From: Candidatus Sulfotelmatobacter sp.
GTDB lineage: Bacteria > Acidobacteriota > Terriglobia > Terriglobales > Acidobacteriaceae
Reading direction: 5' to 3'
Assembly: GCA_035946775.1 (NCBI GenBank)
Contig: DASYZA010000328.1
Location: forward strand, 3,203 to 67,202
DNA length: 64,000 nt
How positions within the stretch are numbered: the first letter of the stretch is position 1; each line of letters begins with the position of its first letter. Both the position numbers and the translations under genes were made by a program. Under the pieces are notes generated by a model. That model made no database searches, was not told where the DNA came from, and worked only from the letters and a program-made list of their open reading frames with translations. Positions 38,175-47,334 of this stretch are shown here, in pieces.

Positions 38175-38762
38175 CTACGCTGCATTCAGCCGTTGCGATT
38201 CCGGCATGCCGGCATCCCAATCGGTCATCGATATGACGCCGACTTCGTTGGCGGCCTGTCCCCAGAAATATTTAGCTTCGGGCTTGTGTGCGAACCCGTG
38301 CAGCACAGGCGCGAGTGCGGCGGTCGTGGCCTGCACAGCGTCCATCGTGCCGTGCATCTTGAAGCTGATGGGCTTTCTGCCATCGCCGTCATAATCGGTC
38401 ATCAGCGACACGCCCGCGACCATTCCTCCATTGACGAATGCCGCCGTGGCTGCGCGGCCTTTACCCCGGACCGCGAACCATATGCCGATCCCGATGAAAT
38501 ATCCGGTCACAGCGACGTCGAGCCACTTGTGCACGCGAGGCGAGATTACCTTCGGAGCGCCGTGAAATGCGTCGGGAATCGTCGTCTCATCCACGTGCAT
38601 CTGGCGCACCTGACGGCCCATCTGTCGGACCCCGGACTGTACCCGATCGCTCATCCGGTCGGTCATTTCACTGACCCGTCCGGCGGCCTGCTGGGCATAA
38701 TTGCTCACCTTATCGACTGTGTTATCGGTTCCTTGCTTCAGAGTGTCTTTTTCGTAAGCCAT
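38175..38762 (-). CDS. hypothetical membrane protein (YqjD/ElaB-like helical N-terminus + 2 TM + C-terminal domain)
   Basis: I chose the ATG at 38760-38762 (MAYEKDTLKQGTDNTVDKVSNYAQQAAGRVSEMTDRMSDRV...). TM segments are WLDVAVTGYFIGIGIWFAV and AAFVNGGMVAGVSLM. The overlapping plus-strand ORF 38145-38765 is Arg/His-rich and looks like a shadow ORF. Confidence 0.6.
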   Translation of the reverse strand: MAYEKDTLKQGTDNTVDKVSNYAQQAAGRVSEMTDRMSDRVQSGVRQMGRQVRQMHVDETTIPDAFHGAPKVISPRVHKWLDVAVTGYFIGIGIWFAVRGKGRAATAAFVNGGMVAGVSLMTDYDGDGRKPISFKMHGTMDAVQATTAALAPVLHGFAHKPEAKYFWGQAANEVGVISMTDWDAGMPESQRLNAA

Positions 38763-39553
38763 TGAGTTAAATCTCCAGTCCTCATTGTCAAAACCGCGGT
38801 GGAGAGTGTCGATAGGGCAAATGGTGTAAGAAAGTCCTGCACTGTTTGCGGTGCAAAAAAACGTGTTGCAGGGAATGCGCCTCGCTTCCTCATCCTTCCG
38901 ATACCGACAACTATTAGAGGAACTCATGAGCCGACATGTTCACCATTGTCTATCTCATTCGCCACAAGCGGAGGCCCGACTCCAAAGCGATGAACGTCAA
39001 GATCGACGCGATCAGGCGCCGTCGCCATTGCTCACGGCGAACGGAGCGTCGTCGAGAGGTTCTTCGACGACAAGCGGGAAGGGTTCGAGCAAAAGAAAAT
39101 CGTGAATAGCTCCGCCGCCAGAGCCGCCATGGTGAGTAGGCTGTGGCCAGTTGGCTCCGCATCTCGCACCTGGAGGTGGTGAGCCTTGCAATATCTTGCG
39201 CACATGCAAATTCTTGCGCACAACATTATCCGCGCACGTTGGTCCTTATTTTCCGTAGCCCCAACATCGCCCCCCGCAGGCTTTTTGGACGATTCCCAAG
39301 ATGCACCTTGGACAAGTTTTCATCCAACTTTTTCTGGACATTCCCCATCACGTCCTTTAGCCTGACAAAACATTTCCGCTTCTGAGCGCCAGCATCAAGT
39401 TCTGTTCCTGCAGTTCCAGATTCACATCAGGTGCAGGGCAAGCTCCGAAGCCAAGCGCAATGAATTGGTTTCATAGGCCTCCAAAGGCTGGTATCTCTGG
39501 CCGAGATGTACGAGTTTGTAGTTACAACCGAGAAGTCTAAAGTTTTCCCCCAT

Positions 39554-42500
39554 ATGTTCAAGTTTTCCGCCATCGGTCTATTGCTGTCTGCAGTTCTGCT
39601 TACGCAGTTCGTGTCGGCGCAAGCCAACGTCAACGAGTCCCTGGAGACTATTTCGTATTGGGTCGACGCCAACGTCGGCTCCGACAGCAATCCCGGCACG
39701 CAGGCTCTTCCCTTCAAGACGATCGGCTACGCCGCATCGCAGGCCGTCGCCAACAACCAGGGCGGAAAAGGCACGCACGTCTGGATCAACGACGGCACCT
39801 ATCGCGAGTCCATCAGCCTCACCGGATCCTCATCCGACACCACGCTTCCCATCACGCTTGAGGCCACGCATCACGGCAAAGCCATCGTCAGCGGCAGCAT
39901 CCTCTACACCGGTTGGACCGCCTACTCCGGCAACAAGAACATCTACACGAGCGCCTGGAACAACAATTGGGGAGTCTGCGCCACGGTCACCGGATGTGAT
40001 CCCGGCACGTATCCGCAGCCCAACATCATGCTTCGTCAGGAGATGGTCGCGGTGAACGGTGCCATCCTTACCGAGGTCCTTTCCGTCGGACAGATGCAGA
40101 CCGGCACTTTCTACGTTGACACCACGAATCATCTGATCTACGTCTGGCCTCCCGCCAAGACGAACATGTCCACCGCCAGCGTCGAAGTCGCAACCGAGCC
40201 CACTCTGCTTTCGCTCGCCGGAAAATCAAACTTCGTCGTCCGCGGCATCGTTTTCCAATACGCCAATTCCTGCCGCAGCAATCCTGCGGTTTCCGTCACC
40301 GGCACCTACTCGTACTACCCCACCAACATTCTTTTCGACAGTGACACCTTCCAGTGGAATAACGGACAGGCCCTCGCCATCGACAATCCCACAACATACT
40401 TCACCGTCGAAAACAGTAGCGCGCTGCACAACGGCGACAGCGGATTCCAGAGCTACGAGACGCAGTACGGCCTCTGGCAAAACGATCTCGCTGCCTATAA
40501 CAACTGGCGCGGAGCGCAAGGCGCCTATTACGCCTGCAATGTCGCCGGGTTCCATCCCTGGGCCGCACACAACGACACGCTCACCACCTTCACCACCCAG
40601 TACAACCAGAGTTACGGCATTCATTGGGACGACGACAACGTCTCCATTTCCGGTTCCGGCCTAATCGCGAGTGAAAATCTTCTCAGCGGAGTCTTCGCTG
40701 AAAAGGATCCTGGCCCCATCTCGATTTCCAACAGTTACGTCTGCAACCAGACCTCACCCATTTCCGGCGCGGGCGTCGGTGTGCGCAACTCCGAATCCGT
40801 CTCACTCACCAATGACGTCATCTACAACAACAACGCCTCCCAGATCTCCGTCATCGGACAAGCCGGCGGCATCGAGGTCTCCGACTGGCTCAACGGACAG
40901 ACCTACAACCTGATCACCCAGGGATTGGTCAACACCAACAACATCATCGAAGGCACCGCCTCCAATCAGCTTCTCTTCTCCGACGCCTCCCTCAACGGCT
41001 CCGACTGGACCACCTTCCTCTCCGGATTCATCTCCAACACCAACACCTGGTGGAACCCCGATAACAGCACTGGAGAATTTGTCGTTCCCGTCCCCAATCT
41101 CTCCACCTTCGAATCTCTCGGCGGATGGCAGACCACCACCCTCGAGGATCTCAACTCCACCTTCAAGCAACCTTCCGGCAGTCCCCAGAACGCCTGCGCC
41201 GTCCTCGCCGATGCCAATGATTACTGGCTGATCGCCAACGCCAACACAGTCACTATGGATAATGCCGGCCAAGCTGCCTTCACCTTCACCGTCATGCCGC
41301 TGCTCAACTTTAAAGGTACTGTGAAGTTCACCGTCGACGGAGTTTCCGAAGTTGCCGGACTTTCCGCCTCTGCCATCTCTTCCGTCAACATCTCCGGGAC
41401 AGCCACGCTGACGATCACCGGCACGACGGCGACGCCGATTGGCACGTATCCCATCACCGTGATCGGCACCAGCGGCAACCAGACGCGCACTGTCACCGTG
41501 AACCTTGTGGTGCCCAGCACGTCGGTCCATCTCTCCACCGACTCGATCTCTTTTCCATCGCAACAGATCAACACCACCAGTGATGGACAAAGCTTCACCA
41601 TCAAGAACAACGGCAAGTCCAGCCTCTCGATGACGAGCATCATCGCGAGCAGCAACTATTCCATTAGCAGCAACAATTGCGGATCCTCCCTCGGCGCCGG
41701 AAAAACCTGCACCGTGAGCGTGACCTTTACGCCGCCGATCCCCAACACCATTAACGGAAGCGTCACCATCAACGACTCCGACACGACCAGCCCGCAAACG
41801 GTCAGCCTGACTGGAACCGGCCTCACCCCACCGACCGCTACGCTGTCGACGCACAATCTCCAGTTCGGATCCGTACTCGTCGGCTCCTCAAGCACGTCGC
41901 AATCGTTCACGCTCACCAACAACGGACAAAGCACGCTCACTCTCAGCGGCACAAACGCCATCGCCATCACCGGCACCGATCCCGGTGACTATTCGCAAAC
42001 CAATAACTGCGGAACCTCTGTCGTATCGAACGCGTCGTGCACGATCATCGTGACTTTCAAACCCAAAGCCAGCGGATCCCGCCCCGCTGACATCACCTTC
42101 ACCGACAACGCCACCAACAGTCCGCAATCGGTCAGTCTTTCCGGTTCGGGCGCCTATCCCGCCGTGACGGTCAATCCCGGCACACTCAAATTCGGCACCG
42201 TCGAAATCGGATACTCCAGTTCCCAAATGACCTCCACCGTCACCAACGTCGGAAAGGTCAACCTCACCATCACCCAGCTCGCTCTCAGCGGACAGCATCC
42301 TGGCGAATACACCGAGACGAACGACTGCATCGGGACCTTCGTTCCCAATGCGGCCTGCACCATCACCGTGACCTTCAAGCCCACAGCCACTGGAACGCAG
42401 GGTGCCAGTATCACCATCACTGACAACACCTCCTCGGGATCGAACACGCTGACTCTCACCGGCTCCGGAGGCACACCCACTGCAACGCTCAGCCCTAGCA

Positions 42501-42802
42501 ACGACAACTTCGGCAGCATCGCCGTAGGCAGCAAAAGCTCGCCGATCGTCTCGACGCTGACCAATACCAGCAGCAGCGATCTGCTGACTGTCAGCAGCAT
42601 CACCATCACCGGCACAAATGCCGCCGAGTTCTCTCAAACCAACACCTGTCCAATCGGCAAGACCTTGGCTGCCGGCAAGACGTGCACGATCTCGGTCACG
42701 TTCAAACCAAGCGCAACAGGTAGCCGCAGCGCGACCGTCACCGAGTGCGACAACACCTCCAAGGGCAGCCACACCATCACCCTCTCTGGCACCGGGAAGT
42801 AA
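39554..42802 (+). CDS. large secreted protein: DUF1565/right-handed beta-helix N-terminal region + Ig-like domain + four paired-Cys Ig-like (ASH / choice-of-anchor-D-like) domains
   Basis: ATG 39554 (MFKFSAIGLLLSAVLLTQFVSAQA signal). YWVDANVGSDSNPGTQALPFKTIGYAASQA is the DUF1565/pectate-lyase-fold start. The C-terminal repeats carry the motifs NNCGSSLGAGKTCTVSVTFTP, NNCGTSVVSNASCTIIVTFKP, NDCIGTFVPNAACTITVTFKP and NTCPIGKTLAAGKTCTISVTFKP. Confidence 0.8.
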   Translation: MFKFSAIGLLLSAVLLTQFVSAQANVNESLETISYWVDANVGSDSNPGTQALPFKTIGYAASQAVANNQGGKGTHVWINDGTYRESISLTGSSSDTTLPITLEATHHGKAIVSGSILYTGWTAYSGNKNIYTSAWNNNWGVCATVTGCDPGTYPQPNIMLRQEMVAVNGAILTEVLSVGQMQTGTFYVDTTNHLIYVWPPAKTNMSTASVEVATEPTLLSLAGKSNFVVRGIVFQYANSCRSNPAVSVTGTYSYYPTNILFDSDTFQWNNGQALAIDNPTTYFTVENSSALHNGDSGFQSYETQYGLWQNDLAAYNNWRGAQGAYYACNVAGFHPWAAHNDTLTTFTTQYNQSYGIHWDDDNVSISGSGLIASENLLSGVFAEKDPGPISISNSYVCNQTSPISGAGVGVRNSESVSLTNDVIYNNNASQISVIGQAGGIEVSDWLNGQTYNLITQGLVNTNNIIEGTASNQLLFSDASLNGSDWTTFLSGFISNTNTWWNPDNSTGEFVVPVPNLSTFESLGGWQTTTLEDLNSTFKQPSGSPQNACAVLADANDYWLIANANTVTMDNAGQAAFTFTVMPLLNFKGTVKFTVDGVSEVAGLSASAISSVNISGTATLTITGTTATPIGTYPITVIGTSGNQTRTVTVNLVVPSTSVHLSTDSISFPSQQINTTSDGQSFTIKNNGKSSLSMTSIIASSNYSISSNNCGSSLGAGKTCTVSVTFTPPIPNTINGSVTINDSDTTSPQTVSLTGTGLTPPTATLSTHNLQFGSVLVGSSSTSQSFTLTNNGQSTLTLSGTNAIAITGTDPGDYSQTNNCGTSVVSNASCTIIVTFKPKASGSRPADITFTDNATNSPQSVSLSGSGAYPAVTVNPGTLKFGTVEIGYSSSQMTSTVTNVGKVNLTITQLALSGQHPGEYTETNDCIGTFVPNAACTITVTFKPTATGTQGASITITDNTSSGSNTLTLTGSGGTPTATLSPSNDNFGSIAVGSKSSPIVSTLTNTSSSDLLTVSSITITGTNAAEFSQTNTCPIGKTLAAGKTCTISVTFKPSATGSRSATVTECDNTSKGSHTITLSGTGK

Positions 42803-42996
42803 GGCAAGGGGGCAGGCATCAGGGAGGCAGGCGCAGGGATCTGTGGAAGGGCGACGCTTCAGCGCCGCGTTGAGCTCTCATGGAACCGCCGGGCTTCTGT
42901 TCCAGGTGGGGGAGGCTGAGCTTTGCTCGTGTGGACGCGGGCGACCCGCCCGCGTATCCAAAGCTTCAAGGCCTCAGGTCCAACGCCGCAAGCCGC

Positions 42997-43521
42997 CTAA
43001 CCATTCTTCAGAATTTTCAAGACCGCCGCAATCGTATTCCAATTCCGCGTAGTCGCCGGCGCGCCGTAGAGCTTATCGATCTTCCCCAAATACCCGATAG
43101 TCTTCATGTGCCGTCGATACATGCCAAAAACGAATTGGCCTCTCGACTCCATCACCCGCACCAGCCACTCGCCATCGGAAGGGAACGTAACTGGCAGCAT
43201 CTCGCAAACTGCTCCGGCTTTCGCGAGGATACTCACGAACCGCACCACGTCCGCAGGACAAGGTTCGGTTCCAAACGGATTCTCTTTCTCAATGCGCGTG
43301 AACTCGCGTCCGTCGCACAGCACGACCTGCGTGTCGAAAGGCAACTTCTGCAGCAGCGCTGTGCGGAACTTCGCCCGAGACCCCGGCTTTCGGACAACAA
43401 ACGTCCCGGCCGCTCCCACATTCACCACGTCGTAGTCGCTCAGTTCTCGGGCCAGCACGCTTGGCCGAAACGTCCGGTGACCGCCTACATTGACCCCCCG
43501 CAGAAAAACGACCAGCGCCAT
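42997..43521 (-). CDS. DUF1697 domain protein
   Basis: MALVVFLRGVNVGGHRTFRPSVLARELS...VVNVGAAGTFVV is the characteristic DUF1697 N-terminus. Confidence 0.75.
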   Translation of the reverse strand: MALVVFLRGVNVGGHRTFRPSVLARELSDYDVVNVGAAGTFVVRKPGSRAKFRTALLQKLPFDTQVVLCDGREFTRIEKENPFGTEPCPADVVRFVSILAKAGAVCEMLPVTFPSDGEWLVRVMESRGQFVFGMYRRHMKTIGYLGKIDKLYGAPATTRNWNTIAAVLKILKNG

Positions 43522-43708
43522 GCCGTGAATTATGAATGAAGATGTTCGTCAACGCTATGGAGGTCAAGCGAATGAAACAAACGGAGTAGATGGTGTGGAG
43601 GCGCGTGCTCGCCGCTATCAGAATCGCCCCGTCGACTTCCCTGGGGCCAAAGTCTTGGGGCGCGAGGAAGGCGCACGCCTTCAGGGCAAGAAGATTCGGC
43701 AAAGTCCT

Positions 43709-45415
43709 TTAGCGAGTGCCGGGCGCTGGATTCAGGGAGGCCTGGACTGTCGCCGACGGGAGTTCATCGCCGCGGAAATAGCGTGGGTCCTTGGATCCTT
43801 CTTTGACGTTGGCCGACTTCATCTCGGGCATCGCGGTGAAGGGCTTCGAGTAATCGTTGGCCGCGTTCCAGAAGAGGAAGCCTACTCCACCTTTTTCTTT
43901 GGCGGTTTCCACCTGAATCTTGATGTATTCCGGCGAATAAGTTTTCGTGCGCCAGTGGAAGGCTTGCAGCCAGGGACGGATCACGACGCCGGAGCCCTTG
44001 GTGATGAGTTCGAAGCGGTCCATGGATTCGCCGATGAAATGGGCCGGCTCGTCGCCGGGGTGCGCGATGCCGTCCATCCCGAAGAAGTGCGAGGGATAGA
44101 TCATCGGACTGAGGACGTCACAGTAATGAGCCATCTGGACGATGTCTTGTCCGGTATGGGAAAGGTCGATCGGGCGCTGCCACGCCATGACGCCGAAGAC
44201 ATCGAGGCTCAGGAGGACACCCGTGGGGTGGAGCTCAGAGTAGGCTTTCTTCAGGAAACCCGCGATGACGTCGGAACGTTGGGGGCCGCGGTTTTTGGGT
44301 GCTTCAGCTGGCTGCGGAATTTGCGCTTTCCGCCTTCCGGCTTTCGACTGAGATACCTTCGACTGCATTGTCGCTGCCGGCTGAGATAGGGTCCCTCCGT
44401 CGGCTTTCGCCACCGTCAGGACGGCATCTTTAGCGGGATCTTTGGAGTCTTTGGTCGCGTCTGGTGCTGGTTGCGGTTGGTTCTTCTGGAATTCGAATAC
44501 GGCGTCTTGCTGGTCGCCTTCGGCCGGGAAGCGGACGTAGTCGAACTGGATTTCGTCGACGCCTAGGCCGGCAACGTACTTGGCGAGGGCGATGTCATAG
44601 TCCTGCACTTTGGGATTCGACGGATCGGTCCAGACGAGCTTGCCGTTCTCGCGCCACGCCGTGTGATTCTTACGTGACTGGACAGCGAGTTCGGGATGCG
44701 CGACGACCAGGCGCTCGTCGCGGAAGATGGCAATGCGGGCGATGGCGTGCATATTCTGACTATGGAGGAAGTGAACGAGTTTCGGCACGTCGTGGATGTA
44801 GACCGGATGCTGCCCGAGCAGCGGGTGCTCGAACGGGATGGTCACGCTGCCGTCGGAATCTTTGATATCGAAAACTACGGCGTTGCCGCCCACTTCGCGC
44901 CAGTGCTTGATCACCCGGATGCCGTGATCGCTGCCGGCCATGAATCCAGTGAGATATACCGCGCGGACTTCAAAGTCCCTGGGAACTGGGATCGTCTTTT
45001 CTGTGACGGGACCGGGGATGATGCCGGGAATGATGATCTGCTCGTTGGCTTTCAGGATGTTGGATCCGTCCGACTTATGATTCGCGGAGCGGATGGCATC
45101 GGCTAATTCGGAGGATGTCAGGTATGAAGTATGGCTGAGGTAACGGTGAGCGATGGTCGGGATCGCTTCTCCGCGTTTGGCGGTGTAGATCTCGGTACCG
45201 GGAGCCGCGATTGGTGCCGGAACACCCGTAGTGTTCGACACGCTGGCCGGTTGCAGTTTTGCCGCGCTGCTGGCGGCTACGGCGGGCTTCGCAGTGTGAG
45301 CCGTTTGGGCGTTGGCGGTGAAGGCACTGCTGGAATGCGGTGCCAGGTACCAGGCGGCTCCGGCGAAAAGAAGACAGGAAATTCCCGTAAGGACGCGTAC
45401 AGACGAAGAGCGCAA
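43709..45415 (-). CDS. putative glycoside hydrolase (DUF4015/GHL-type TIM barrel) with N-terminal LysM-like segment
   Basis: TTG start at 45415 with GGGGAGGA 4 nt upstream, followed by a signal/anchor. YTAKRGEAIPTIAHRY...IIIPG is LysM-like. RAVYLTGFMAGSDHGIRVIKHWREVGGNAVVFDIKDSDG and VDEIQFDYVRFP fit DUF4015. Confidence 0.7.
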   Translation of the reverse strand: MRSSSVRVLTGISCLLFAGAAWYLAPHSSSAFTANAQTAHTAKPAVAASSAAKLQPASVSNTTGVPAPIAAPGTEIYTAKRGEAIPTIAHRYLSHTSYLTSSELADAIRSANHKSDGSNILKANEQIIIPGIIPGPVTEKTIPVPRDFEVRAVYLTGFMAGSDHGIRVIKHWREVGGNAVVFDIKDSDGSVTIPFEHPLLGQHPVYIHDVPKLVHFLHSQNMHAIARIAIFRDERLVVAHPELAVQSRKNHTAWRENGKLVWTDPSNPKVQDYDIALAKYVAGLGVDEIQFDYVRFPAEGDQQDAVFEFQKNQPQPAPDATKDSKDPAKDAVLTVAKADGGTLSQPAATMQSKVSQSKAGRRKAQIPQPAEAPKNRGPQRSDVIAGFLKKAYSELHPTGVLLSLDVFGVMAWQRPIDLSHTGQDIVQMAHYCDVLSPMIYPSHFFGMDGIAHPGDEPAHFIGESMDRFELITKGSGVVIRPWLQAFHWRTKTYSPEYIKIQVETAKEKGGVGFLFWNAANDYSKPFTAMPEMKSANVKEGSKDPRYFRGDELPSATVQASLNPAPGTR

Positions 45416-46010
45416 GTGATCCTCCCCACTTACGAATCGATAGTAGCTGTGACGTCAGCGAGTCGCTAGTTACGTGTGGAGTAACACTTTAGCCGACAGC
45501 TTTCAGCTGTCAGTTGGGTCAGTGGTCAGTCCTGACTCACCTTGTGTAGGGTCGTTCACTCTTTGCTCCTGAGTGTGTGCTCGGCTTCACCGTCGCTGGA
45601 CGTGCGAGGCGCCCGTCACCACACAACCACCCAACCCAATCCGCACAAGGTTTGGTGCGTTACGAGGCACTCGGTACTCTGCGCAAGTGGTTACTCGACA
45701 CATTTCCTTCCTTGATGGTGCAAAGGTTTTCTCTCACATTTTTATCGAGTCAGGAGCCGGGGAGATGGAAGCTGGGGGAGGCTGGGCTAAGCTAATGCGG
45801 ATTAAGGACTTGTGATTCTGTGGAGTTAGGACGGGGCCGTGGCTAACTGCTTGCTCTGTCAAGGGTACCGGATGTTCCAGGTCCTGGACAGCACGGGGAA
45901 ATCCAGGATGAGGTCAAGCGAACGTGGTTTGGCCCACACAGTCCGGAAATACATCTAACAGAAGAGCCTAAAAGGCCGAAAGGGACGTCCGGGGTAGCGG
46001 ACACGATTTT

Positions 46011-47180
46011 ATGAGAACGAATCTCGCCACAGTGCTCGATCCGAACCGTCGCAGCAACGATGCAGGAGAGTTTGAAGCCGCCCTTCGCCGCCGGATTGTG
46101 GGGCAGGATCAGGCGGTTGAGAAGGTTGTAGAGATCTATCAGATGTTCCTGGCGGGGTTGAATCCACCGGGACGTCCAGTTGGGAATTTGCTGTTTCTGG
46201 GGCCAACCGGATCGGGCAAGACGCGCGTAGTGGAAGCGATGGCCGAGGCGCTGTTCGGGGACGCGCGGGCATGCATCAAGATCGACTGCGCAGAGTTCCA
46301 GCACTCGCACGAGATTGCGAAGCTGATTGGATCGCCTCCGGGATATTTGGGACACCGCGAGACGCATCCGTTGCTGACGCAAGAAGCGCTGAACCAGTGG
46401 TTCACGGAAAAGCTGAAGCTCTCGATCCTGTTGTTTGACGAAATCGAGAAGGCGTCGGACTCGCTGTGGCAGTTGCTGCTGGGAATCCTGGACAAGGCGA
46501 CGTTGACTCTGGGCGATAACCGGCGGGTGGATCTGTCGCAGTGCATCATTATTATGACCTCGAACCTGGGCGCCGGCGAGATGATGAATCTGGTCGATGG
46601 CGGTTTTGGATTTGCTCCGAAGGTGGTCGAGGTCGACGAATCGTTCGACGAGAAGATCCAGCGAACGGCGGTCGAGGCGGCACGGCGGAAGTTCACGCCC
46701 GAGTTCATGAACCGCATCGACAAGACAGTGGTATTCAAGACACTGCGCGACGAGCATTTGCGGCAGATTCTGGATATTGAGTTGGGCATGGTGCAACAGC
46801 GCGTACTGATGTCAGCAGGCACGAATCAGTTTGTGTTCAACTGCACTTCGGCAGTGAAGGAGTATCTGCTCAAGGAAGGAACCGATCCGCGGTACGGCGC
46901 GCGGCACCTGAAGCGGGCGATCGAACGGAACCTGGTGTTTCCGCTGGCGAACCTTGTCGCTACAGGGCAAGTGAAGCTGGGAGACTTCGTGCGCGTCGAT
47001 ATGGCTTCTGAAGAGAAGATGATTTTTGTGAAGGAAGCCGAGAATGCGATGGCTCCGATGCTGCTCGAGCGGTACGGAGCGGCGGCGGTGAATCAGCCGT
47101 CGGCGCGTGGGGCGCGGGCGGCAGTGAACAATCGCAGGGATTTTGGGACTCCGCAACCGGGGGTGGCGGAGAGCAAGTAG
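46011..47180 (+). CDS. single-ring Clp/Hsp100-type AAA+ ATPase (ClpA/B D2-like module only)
   Basis: LRRRIVGQDQAV, Walker A GPTGSGKT, IGSPPGYLGH, Walker B ILLFDEIEKA, sensor-1 IIIMTSNLG, PEFMNRID, and sensor-2 GARHLKRAIE followed by a D2-small domain. There is no N-domain, D1 ring, middle domain or Zn finger. Confidence 0.8.
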   Translation: MRTNLATVLDPNRRSNDAGEFEAALRRRIVGQDQAVEKVVEIYQMFLAGLNPPGRPVGNLLFLGPTGSGKTRVVEAMAEALFGDARACIKIDCAEFQHSHEIAKLIGSPPGYLGHRETHPLLTQEALNQWFTEKLKLSILLFDEIEKASDSLWQLLLGILDKATLTLGDNRRVDLSQCIIIMTSNLGAGEMMNLVDGGFGFAPKVVEVDESFDEKIQRTAVEAARRKFTPEFMNRIDKTVVFKTLRDEHLRQILDIELGMVQQRVLMSAGTNQFVFNCTSAVKEYLLKEGTDPRYGARHLKRAIERNLVFPLANLVATGQVKLGDFVRVDMASEEKMIFVKEAENAMAPMLLERYGAAAVNQPSARGARAAVNNRRDFGTPQPGVAESK

Positions 47181-47245
47181 AACCAGTTTCGTGTTTCAAG
47201 TTTCCAGTTTCTCGCTTGATCCGCATCTCGCGAGACGTTCTCAAC

Positions 47246-47274
47246 GGCGCCGGGAAAATTCCGGCGCCTTTTTT
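47246..47274 (+). terminator. rho-independent terminator after the AAA+ gene
   Basis: Stem ggcgccgg, loop gaaaatt, stem ccggcgcc, followed by tttttt. Confidence 0.8.
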
Positions 47275-47334
47275 GTCTTACGGCAAAGCGCTACGAATCC
47301 GGCGAAATCTTTCCGAACGACAAAATCCATTCGT

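Noticed and set aside
38145-38765. Plus-strand 206-aa ORF as the real gene at this locus, instead of the minus-strand one.
   Set aside because: Its translation is His/Arg/Gly-rich with no hydrophobic core pattern. The minus-strand product has an ElaB-like helical N-terminus, two clear TM helices, and a start with an upstream GGAG.
38936-39221. The short ORFs 38936-39109(+) and 39012-39221(-) as real small proteins.
   Set aside because: They overlap each other, lack RBS-like sequences at sensible spacing, and have skewed composition (Arg-rich or Gly/Pro-rich). They are kept only as a possible gene-remnant note.
30159-39553. Whether the accessory-looking block (pseudogene, orphan regulator, unknown membrane proteins) is a genomic island or mobile element.
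   Set aside because: There is no integrase, transposase, tRNA border, direct-repeat boundary or obvious GC shift. Only gene decay and repeat density distinguish it, so I do not call a mobile element.
45416-46010. Whether the 595-nt spacer is a known housekeeping ncRNA (RNase P RNA, tmRNA, SRP RNA, 6S RNA), or contains a CIRCE heat-shock operator upstream of the Clp-like ATPase.
   Set aside because: I found none of the diagnostic strings: GAGGAAAGUCCGG / ACAGAA..CGGCUUA for RNase P, GGGGCUGAUUCUGGAUUCGAC with a tRNA-like 3' end for tmRNA, the GGAA/AGCA SRP domain IV motifs, or TTAGCACTC-N9-GAGTGCTAA for CIRCE. It remains listed as an uncharacterised long spacer, not as a called RNA.
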